From: a virus
Lineage: Duplodnaviria > Heunggongvirae > Uroviricota > Caudoviricetes
IMG/VR virus record: IMGVR_UViG_2681813320_000006
Coordinates: 1-9,891 of that record
DNA length: 9,891 nt
Direction: 5' to 3' (one strand)
In this document: positions 1-5,827 of the stretch, piece after piece
Position numbering within the stretch: the stretch's first letter is position 1
Layout of the letters: each line of letters begins with the position of its first letter
Notes under the pieces: model-generated
The model's database searches: none
What the model saw: the letters and a program-made list of their open reading frames with translations, nothing else
What the model was told of the DNA's origin: nothing
Made by a program: the position numbers and the translations under genes

Positions 1-7
1 AAAAAAA

Positions 8-175
8 TCAAGCATTATGCAGGCTGTTTCTTTTTATCACCGGCCACAGCAATACCACAATGCCGCAGACCAGCACTCCATCCGCCAGCACCGACATGAT
101 CCTGCTGGTGAAATCCACCATCACCACCAGAAACAGCAGGAGTGCCACAGCGGCCAGACGCAGTTTTACCGTCAC
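8..175 (-). CDS. Possible small two-helix membrane protein (about 55 aa); could be holin-like, very uncertain
   Basis: Minus-strand ORF not in the supplied track. GTG at 175-173 overlaps the TerB-like stop (GTGA) with GGAG about 8 nt upstream; stop TGA at 10-8. Translation has two hydrophobic stretches (LRLAAVALLLFLVVMV, GVLVCGIVVLLWPVI). An internal ATG at 121 is an alternative start. The G/T-rich strand could produce hydrophobic codons by chance. Confidence 0.3.
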   Translation of the reverse strand: MTVKLRLAAVALLLFLVVMVDFTSRIMSVLADGVLVCGIVVLLWPVIKRNSLHNA

Positions 176-603
176 AGGTGGTTCTCCAGTCGCAGGCCAA
201 GAACACCAGCAATCTCTTCCAGAACCTTACGCTCTTCCGGCTCAATTTCACCATCTGCTTCAGCAATGGCCACCGCCACATCCAGCACATCTTCCGCTTC
301 ACGCGTATCGTGTTTCACATCTTCAATTTCACGCAACGCTGCACGACGACCAATTTTAAAATTGGTGTCAAGCTGACCTGTGATCGTGGCACTGATGGCA
401 TTAATTTCTGACGTAAATGCGGACAATGCTGGCTGGTTACGTAATACCTGTTCGATCTTCGCTTTCTCTGAAGTCTCACATTCACCATCTGCATAGGCCA
501 CCAGGTAGGCAGCATTAATAACCGCCTGTGCCAGATCGCGTTTCTCAAACTTTTTAATTTCAGTTGCTGCTCTGCGGGTTTTCTTTTTGAAGATTCCAAA
601 CAT
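172..603 (-). CDS. TerB-like (tellurite-resistance TerB family) domain protein, about 143 aa
   Basis: Track ORF 172..675 trimmed to the first ATG (603-601), which has AGGA 8 nt upstream; the track start at 675 is GTG. Acidic helical protein with AYLVAYADGE...AVAIAEADGEIEPEE pattern typical of TerB-like domains (recalled, not searched). Overlapping ORFs in other frames look non-coding. Confidence 0.65.
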   Translation of the reverse strand: MFGIFKKKTRRAATEIKKFEKRDLAQAVINAAYLVAYADGECETSEKAKIEQVLRNQPALSAFTSEINAISATITGQLDTNFKIGRRAALREIEDVKHDTREAEDVLDVAVAIAEADGEIEPEERKVLEEIAGVLGLRLENHL

Positions 604-734
604 CGTGACGTTCCTTTGGGTGGGTGAGCCAACGCCCGGGAGCGATCTGCCCACAGAGAAAGTCACACTGACCACTCCGTAAGCTCACCCCCGAAAGGCT
701 CTGTGGTTGATATGCGCCGGGCGTGGCGCAGATA

Positions 735-759
735 CAAAAAAGGCCCGCCGAAGCGAGCC
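735..759 (-). terminator. Rho-independent terminator downstream of the tRNA cluster
   Basis: On the minus strand: 7-bp stem GGCUCGC/GCGGGCC (one G-U pair) with UUCG tetraloop (759-742), followed by a 6-T run (741-736). The pairing is better on the minus-strand transcript than on the plus. Confidence 0.65.
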
Positions 760-772
760 TGGAAAATAAGTG

Positions 773-849
773 TGGCGCGTTGTAGTGGAGTCTAACCACT
801 GACCGATTGCTTAGAAGGCAATTGCTCTGTCCGACTGAGCTAACAACGC
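773..849 (-). tRNA. tRNA-Arg (anticodon UCU), phage-encoded, with an atypical T-loop
   Basis: Reverse complement folds as a 77-nt cloverleaf: acceptor GCGTTGT/ACAACGC, D-stem GCTC/GAGC, anticodon stem ATTGC/GCAAT with loop CTTCTAA, T-stem AGTGG/CCACT, discriminator G and CCA. The T-loop is TTAGACT instead of the usual TTCGAAT. Confidence 0.7.
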
Positions 850-929
850 ATGATGCTGATAATGGACCGCCACCGGGGACTCCGAATCTCGCACAGGGTG
901 ACGTTCTTTCCTGATGAGCTAGTGGCGGT

Positions 930-1005
930 TGGTGGCCCTTGCTGGATTTGAACCAGCGACCTGGCGATTATGAGTCACTCGCTCTCACCACTGAGCTAAA
1001 GGGCC
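930..1005 (-). tRNA. tRNA with CAU anticodon, most likely tRNA-Ile2 (lysidine type); tRNA-Met not excluded
   Basis: Reverse complement GGCCCTTTAGCTCAGTGGTGAGAGCGAGTGACTCATAATCGCCAGGTCGCTGGTTCAAATCCAGCAAGGGCCACCA folds as a 76-nt cloverleaf with 7-bp acceptor stem, T-loop TTCAAAT and anticodon loop CTCATAA. It closely resembles E. coli ileX/ileY as I recall them. Confidence 0.8.
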
Positions 1006-1045
1006 GATAACATAATGATAACGTTACAGAATAAATTCAGCAATA

Positions 1046-2104
1046 TCACTCTCTCTTTCTGATTAAATTCTGTACATCCCTTGCGGTCTGCTCAAAACGT
1101 CCGGTCTCCAGCTCAACGCCAATTGCACGACGCCCCAGTGCATTCGCTGCTTTGACTGTCGAACCGGACCCCATGAAGAAATCTGCAACCAGGTCTCCCG
1201 GACGACTGCTGGCGGTAATCATTTGCCGCAACATATCTGCCGGTTTTTCACAGGGATGTTTGCCCGGATAATACTGCACAGGCTTGTGCGTCCAGACATC
1301 CGTATAAGGAACGGCTGCCGATACGGAAAAATAACGCCGCAGTGATTTGTACTCTTCCAGCAGGCTGGCATACTGCCGGTTCAGCTCACTGTATGTGCTG
1401 ACCAGTTGGTGATGTGGCTTTTCCAGTTCACCCCGCTGATGTTTCTCTTCTGCCACCCGGGCAAACAGCACCTGAAGTTTTCTGTAATCATCCTCGTTCG
1501 GTAACTGCCACTGGCTGGCACTGAACCAGTGCGACACCATGTTTTTCTTTCCTGTGGCATCCACAATCTGTTTTGCCGTTATCCCCAGAGCAGCACGCGC
1601 ATCACGAAAGTAAGAAATCAGCGGGGCCATCACATGCTGTTTCAGTGCCCTGCCCTTCGCCTCATACCCGGCATCTTTCGGGCGATATGGCCCCTGGTAA
1701 TGTTCAGCAAACAGAACGCGCTCTGTGGCAGGAAAATATGCGCGCAGACGTTCTTTATTACACCCATTCCAACGTCCGGACGGCTTCGCCCAGATGATAT
1801 GGTTAAGCACGTTGAAACGTTCACGCATCATGATCTCAATATCAGATGCCAGGCGATGCCCACAGAACAGGTAAAGGCTTCCGGCAGGTTTTAACACCCG
1901 CCAGAACTGGGCCAGACAGTGGTCCAGCCACTTAAGGTAATCTTCGTCCCCTTTCCACTGATTGTCCCAACCGTTGGGTTTCACCTTGAAGTAAGGCGGA
2001 TCGGTAACAATCAGGTCAATGGAATCATCAGGCAGGGACTGAATAAAATGCAGGCAATCAGCGTTGATTAAATCAACACTGTTTATTTTTACAGTATTTT
2101 TCAT
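1046..2104 (-). CDS. DNA methyltransferase, beta class (N6-adenine or N4-cytosine), likely an orphan phage methylase
   Basis: 352-aa ORF with ATG start. N-terminal DPPY catalytic motif (LIVTDPPYF) precedes the C-terminal AdoMet-binding motif (FFMGSGST), the order diagnostic of beta-class amino-methyltransferases. No adjacent restriction endonuclease gene is visible. Confidence 0.9.
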   Translation of the reverse strand: MKNTVKINSVDLINADCLHFIQSLPDDSIDLIVTDPPYFKVKPNGWDNQWKGDEDYLKWLDHCLAQFWRVLKPAGSLYLFCGHRLASDIEIMMRERFNVLNHIIWAKPSGRWNGCNKERLRAYFPATERVLFAEHYQGPYRPKDAGYEAKGRALKQHVMAPLISYFRDARAALGITAKQIVDATGKKNMVSHWFSASQWQLPNEDDYRKLQVLFARVAEEKHQRGELEKPHHQLVSTYSELNRQYASLLEEYKSLRRYFSVSAAVPYTDVWTHKPVQYYPGKHPCEKPADMLRQMITASSRPGDLVADFFMGSGSTVKAANALGRRAIGVELETGRFEQTARDVQNLIRKRE

Positions 2105-2254
2105 GGATCAGTAAGCGTAACTCTGGTAGGCTCACTCTGCTTTTGCGCTAAAGCAGTGGGCCGTGGTTCGCTTGTGACCAGTAAGCATGAGCGAATGGCT
2201 GGCAGGTGCTACCAACACCCACCAGCCGCCCATTTTCACAGCAGGAAACCGCCA

Positions 2255-2458
2255 TTACTGGCAGCGTCTGAATTTATTCCCGTACCCGCCGTTATCCTTC
2301 GCCAGACCCGCCAGAACTAACTGAGTCAGTATTAACTGGCACTGGGCTTCGCTTACTCCGGTAGTTCTCGTCATCATGCGTGGCGTTACCCACTTGTCAG
2401 CAGGTAAGAAATGAAGGACTGCGGCGGCGGTTTCTGTCATATCTTGCTGTTTTATCAT
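2255..2458 (-). CDS. Hypothetical small protein (about 67 aa)
   Basis: Track ORF 2255..2482 trimmed to the second ATG (2458-2456), which has AGGGA about 8 nt upstream; the first ATG at 2482 has no Shine-Dalgarno. No recognisable motif. Confidence 0.45.
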   Translation of the reverse strand: MIKQQDMTETAAAVLHFLPADKWVTPRMMTRTTGVSEAQCQLILTQLVLAGLAKDNGGYGNKFRRCQ

Positions 2459-2580
2459 GTCTTTTTCCCTTCTGGTTAACATGACATACCAATAACTCTT
2501 GTCTAAAAAGCCAGCAAGATAAAAAGTCAGTATTCACGACCACCAGCGTGTTTACTGTACTGCACCAAGTTTACAGGTAC

Positions 2581-2606
2581 AAAAAACCGCTCGACGGCGG
2601 GTTTAA
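2581..2606 (-). terminator. Possible weak rho-independent terminator (candidate tR'-like late-region terminator)
   Basis: Minus strand: 4-bp all-GC stem CCGC/GCGG (2600-2597 with 2590-2587), 6-nt loop, then a 6-T run (2586-2581). The stem is short, so the call is marginal. Confidence 0.3.
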
Positions 2607-2736
2607 GCTGTGTGGCGAAGTAACCACTCTTAACAGATTAAGATAAAATTTGCGGACCGCGGTAATTTTTTTTGCTAAATTAAAGCCATATAAAAAATAA
2701 GCCCCATAAGAAATTATTAGCATACTAAGGTTTAGC

Positions 2737-3678
2737 ATGGCTACTATTGCGCAATCAAAGAAACAAAAAAAACTTAAAATTGGTTTTTACACCAGCAGTT
2801 CTGGGACTATCCGCAGCCATTCAGTTGCTAAGCAAGCAATTGAAAATCTGTATAATACTTGCGTAACCGTTACGAATAATCATTTTGATACCATCTATAG
2901 AAATAAAAAGTTAAAAATAGCTTTTATAAATAAAGATACAAAAGCTAAATATTTCTTCGGCTACATGTCATGCTCACGAGAAGAGTATCTCCTTCCTTAT
3001 ATTGGTGATGAACACTGGAATGAGCACAACATACCACTAGATGATAAAAAATACATAGTCGAAAGAACCTATTTTTTATATTATTACGATAGTGATATTT
3101 TAATATTAACTCAAAATCATCTTGGGCCGAAAGAATCGGATTTAGCTTATCTGCTTTACAGCCAGAGTGGTAATCCTGGAAATAACTTTGCATTCCAAGC
3201 CATCTGGAAAAAAGAGAGCGTCAAAGAGCTACTTGAAACAGGAAGTACTTTGAGAAGTTGTGATATTGTCCTGGCTGCTCCCAGGAACTTTGATGCAACA
3301 AATTACCAGCTAAATAGTTCATTTTCTAAGGAACTGGTAAATATGATGGTAGGGCTGGGTGGAACACGTCTCAAGTTAAATCTAAGGGGACGTGCATCAG
3401 GGAGAGTAAAAGTCAAAGGTTATTTATCAGATCTCGTTAAGGATGGTATTAAAGAACTCCTTGAAAAAATGCCGGGAATTGTAAAAAAAGCGGCAGTAAC
3501 ACAGCCCAAAAATACCGTTGAACAAAGTCTTCTTGATCAGGTACTCATTTCAGAAAAAAACATATATACCGTTAATGGTTATGGCACTGATAGTGATGTT
3601 CTGCAAGCCATGATTTCTGCTAAAATTGATAACAATGAATACCTTAAGCAATACGATATCAGCAAAAAGAAGGTATAG
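2737..3678 (+). CDS. Soluble 313-aa protein of unknown function; candidate sensor/activator of a two-gene phage-exclusion module (RexA-like by architecture)
   Basis: ATG at 2737 with TAAGG 6 nt upstream; stop TAG at 3676-3678. Strongly AT-rich (roughly one-third G+C by eye) with AAA/AAT/ATA-rich codon use, unlike the flanks. No Walker A, HNH or DPPY-type motifs seen. Same size class, gene order and N-terminal GFY motif as lambda RexA as I recall it. Confidence 0.8.
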   Translation: MATIAQSKKQKKLKIGFYTSSSGTIRSHSVAKQAIENLYNTCVTVTNNHFDTIYRNKKLKIAFINKDTKAKYFFGYMSCSREEYLLPYIGDEHWNEHNIPLDDKKYIVERTYFLYYYDSDILILTQNHLGPKESDLAYLLYSQSGNPGNNFAFQAIWKKESVKELLETGSTLRSCDIVLAAPRNFDATNYQLNSSFSKELVNMMVGLGGTRLKLNLRGRASGRVKVKGYLSDLVKDGIKELLEKMPGIVKKAAVTQPKNTVEQSLLDQVLISEKNIYTVNGYGTDSDVLQAMISAKIDNNEYLKQYDISKKKV

Positions 3679-3681
3679 GAT

Positions 3682-4125
3682 ATGTTATTGAAATACTTAA
3701 GAAACCTGATTGTAAGTGTTTTTTGCACCTTGTTCCTACTGAGGTATATCCCTCAGATGGGGCATGCTGACATACTTACAGCCTCCGGGGTTATTTCAAC
3801 TGTATCCGGTATTTTATTTGGTTTTATTTTAGCCACAATATCAATTTTTAGTGCTGCTAGCGAAAACTCAAATGGAATAATAAAAGCATTAAAAAACAAC
3901 AACATACTTCAAGTTATTATTGTAAATCTATTAACCGCAGGTGCATCTTTAATTACGGCATGCGTTATTGCTTTGATAGCAATGTTTGCCAATGAAAAGA
4001 CATTGTTACATGGAGAAAAAATAGAATTTATTTTAATTATCGAATCGTTATCTCTTCTTATCATTTCAGTAATAACTTTTGCCTTTACATGGAGAAAAGT
4101 AAACTGGATACTCCCCCACATTTAA
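3682..4125 (+). CDS. 147-aa integral membrane protein with four predicted transmembrane helices; candidate effector (RexB-like)
   Basis: ATG at 3682 with AAGAAGG 8 nt upstream, starting 4 bp after the upstream stop. Four hydrophobic segments (about residues 8-25, 30-58, 75-103, 114-138). The LFLLRYIP motif after helix 1 resembles lambda RexB LLFRHYIP as I recall it. Stop TAA at 4123-4125. Confidence 0.85.
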   Translation: MLLKYLRNLIVSVFCTLFLLRYIPQMGHADILTASGVISTVSGILFGFILATISIFSAASENSNGIIKALKNNNILQVIIVNLLTAGASLITACVIALIAMFANEKTLLHGEKIEFILIIESLSLLIISVITFAFTWRKVNWILPHI

Positions 4126-4148
4126 AAAGGGCAGAAATGCCCTTTTTT
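4124..4148. terminator. Bidirectional rho-independent terminator shared by the convergent cassette and the Q gene
   Basis: AAAAA-GGGCA-GAAA-TGCCC-TTTTTT: 5-bp stem (4129-4133 with 4138-4142), GAAA tetraloop, A-run on one side and T-run on the other, so it reads as hairpin plus U-tract on either strand. It sits between the cassette stop (4125) and the Q stop (4149). Confidence 0.6.
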
Positions 4149-4511
4149 CTACTCCATTTCAAGTTTAACATCCAGCATTGAAAGGCATCCATCAATAAAC
4201 CCTTCAGCCATCTGTATCTCTATACGTATCAATTTCTCATCTTTTTTGCGAGCTCTTGCAAGCTTTCTTTTCGAGATGCCATACAGGTAATGGGCCACAA
4301 TCAAAGAATGCTCGTACGGTTTTCGCTTTTTAAGAAGAGCAAGACAACCTTCAATAATTAATGCATCACTATCTGAACAAGCCTGACGTGTTTTGCTTGT
4401 ATAGGGAAGAAGCCCTTTAAACCCAGCAGCTATAGGAGAATAGTCTACTCCTGAACTATCACTCGCCGCCCATGCTCCCCAACGATCCAGAACCATTTGA
4501 ATATCACGCAT
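4149..4511 (-). CDS. Late-gene antitermination protein Q (short Q family, QuuD-like), about 120 aa
   Basis: Track ORF 4149..4526 trimmed to ATG at 4511-4509 (the track start is TTG), with GGAG about 8 nt upstream. N-terminus MRDIQMVLDRWGAWAA matches the E. coli DLP12 QuuD N-terminus as I recall it. Position after the replication module fits a Q gene. Confidence 0.75.
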   Translation of the reverse strand: MRDIQMVLDRWGAWAASDSSGVDYSPIAAGFKGLLPYTSKTRQACSDSDALIIEGCLALLKKRKPYEHSLIVAHYLYGISKRKLARARKKDEKLIRIEIQMAEGFIDGCLSMLDVKLEME

Positions 4512-4528
4512 CAACTTTCTCCACAAAA

Positions 4529-5524
4529 TCAGGCCAGCACGCCAATTGCCAGCGCGCGATCGATAAAACGAAATATCAGCTCCAGCTGGGAACCATACTT
4601 CTCTTCAAATGCCACGGTATCCGCATGCAGTTCGTCATGGTGTTTTCTGCACAAAGGCAACACAAAAAGGTCATGCGCTTTTGTACCCATACCACCCTGA
4701 CCATGACCAATCAGGTGATGAGGATCGTCGGCTGGCTTACCACAACATGCACACGGCTGCGTCTTAACCCAGCGCGTGTACTTTTCATTAACCCAGCGAC
4801 GACGTTTTGGGCGTAACATAAAAGACTCCGGCGACTCCGGATCCACTTTCAGCGCCAGCACCTTTTTCGCTTTATCCTGGATGATGCTGGTGGCAGGAAC
4901 CGAAGGCACAAGGTCACTTTCCCGGGTGACAGACGGCACAACAGGTTTCGGTAATCTCAGCGCCTTACGGGCTGCGCTTTCAGGTAAGGCATCCGCCAGG
5001 TCATTACGAATCAGCCACCAGCACAGTTCCGGCATTGTCACGGCATGGTTATCATCAAAACCGAGATCCCGACGGACTACAGACAACACCCAGCGGGCAC
5101 AGTTATCCGTTGCCATTGATTCCAGCCGTTCCGTGAACTGATCGCGCAGCTGGTTATCGCAGTGCCAGCACAGACGGATTGCGCCCGGAGCGTGTCGCAT
5201 TGTGGTCATGTTCTCGCTGTGCCAGTCGGAATGAGGCCACTGGCAGCCTTTTTCACGAAGTAACCAGCTTTCAAGACATTCCACTCCACCAGCACGACGA
5301 ATAACTGCCTCATTGCGGAACACGGCCCGAACGGCAGGATCATCCGCCAGCGGTTGTGATGCTGCCGGAACGGCACCGCTGGCGAAAGATGAATAACGTT
5401 CCGGCTCAGGCTCCAGCAGGACACGCCCCTGCATAAACAGGGGCATCAGCTCTGAACCGGGCCTGAACAATACAATCCCCATTCGCGGGGCAATTTCAGG
5501 AGTCAACAATGCTCTCACGGTCAC
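4529..5524 (-). CDS. DUF968-like prophage protein (YdfU-like) with a C-terminal Cys/His zinc-binding, HNH-like motif
   Basis: 331-aa ORF. C-terminus has CACCGKP...HHLIGHGQGGMGTKAHD...PLCRKHHDELH, a Cys/His cluster of the kind seen in DUF968/YdfU-type proteins. The track start at 5524 is GTG; a GTG at 5518 with GAGG upstream or an ATG at 5485 are alternatives, so the start is uncertain. Confidence 0.7.
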   Translation of the reverse strand: MTVRALLTPEIAPRMGIVLFRPGSELMPLFMQGRVLLEPEPERYSSFASGAVPAASQPLADDPAVRAVFRNEAVIRRAGGVECLESWLLREKGCQWPHSDWHSENMTTMRHAPGAIRLCWHCDNQLRDQFTERLESMATDNCARWVLSVVRRDLGFDDNHAVTMPELCWWLIRNDLADALPESAARKALRLPKPVVPSVTRESDLVPSVPATSIIQDKAKKVLALKVDPESPESFMLRPKRRRWVNEKYTRWVKTQPCACCGKPADDPHHLIGHGQGGMGTKAHDLFVLPLCRKHHDELHADTVAFEEKYGSQLELIFRFIDRALAIGVLA

Positions 5525-5569
5525 CTCAGCGAACGATATTGCATGAACACAGGAGAAAAAATTCAGCCA

Positions 5570-5827
5570 TCACGCAGTAAACTCCTTCACCAGAGTTTCA
5601 AACTGGCTTACCTTGCCTTCCAGTTCCGCCACGCAATCCACCAGCTCATCCACCGCCTTTTGTGTGCGGTGTTTTGCCTGCAGCAGATCACGAAGCGCCG
5701 GAGTAAGCTGCTTGCGGAGCGTATCCTTTGCCACGCTCATTTTTTCCATCTGTTCAGCACAACGAAGCATCTCCTGCGCCTGGCGACGAAGTTGTTCCGG
5801 TGAAACAGTGGCTGTTCTGTTATTCAA
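5570..5827 (-). CDS. Hypothetical small coiled-coil protein (85 aa)
   Basis: TTG start at 5827 overlaps the helicase stop (TTGA) with GGAG about 8 nt upstream, suggesting translational coupling. Charged helical sequence (EQLRRQAQEMLRCAEQMEKM...), no identifiable domain. Internal ATGs are alternative starts. Confidence 0.45.
   Translation of the reverse strand: MNNRTATVSPEQLRRQAQEMLRCAEQMEKMSVAKDTLRKQLTPALRDLLQAKHRTQKAVDELVDCVAELEGKVSQFETLVKEFTA

Noticed and set aside
17-411. Plus-strand ORFs 17..376, 60..359 and 142..411
   Set aside because: His/Gln/Thr/Ser-rich low-complexity translations of the C/A-rich antisense strand of the minus-strand TerB-like and small-ORF region; no ribosome-binding sites.
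1-772. Shiga-toxin or other toxin cargo downstream of the tRNA cluster
   Set aside because: The only convincing ORF here is the TerB-like protein; nothing resembles an A/B5 toxin pair by size or arrangement.
15-799. Minus-strand ORFs 15..302, 315..632 and 560..799
   Set aside because: Out-of-frame overlaps of the TerB-like gene with Trp/Cys/Arg-rich composition; 560..799 also runs through the terminator and the 3' end of tRNA-Arg.
850-929. tRNA-sized spacer between the two tRNAs as a third tRNA
   Set aside because: Has acceptor-like 7-bp complementarity and a D-arm-like motif, but only about 48 nt lie between the acceptor strands and I could not form anticodon or T arms; treated as a likely degenerate remnant, not annotated as a gene.
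1381-1894. ORFs 1381..1566(-), 1529..1894(+), 1573..1797(+), 1642..1824(-)
   Set aside because: All lie inside the well-supported methyltransferase gene in other frames or antisense; composition is not protein-like.
2483-2736. Confident assignment of a Q-dependent late promoter
   Set aside because: No well-spaced -35/-10 pair could be identified on the minus strand by eye; only the weak terminator is annotated.
2945-4121. Minus-strand ORFs 2945..3193 and 3909..4121
   Set aside because: Antisense to the two cassette genes, which have proper ribosome-binding sites and coherent products; the antisense ORFs are an AT-rich artefact.
4472-5424. ORFs 4472..4816(+), 4497..4700(+), 4776..5141(+), 5206..5424(-)
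   Set aside because: Embedded in or antisense to the Q and DUF968 genes; Ser/Thr/Arg-rich, no start context.
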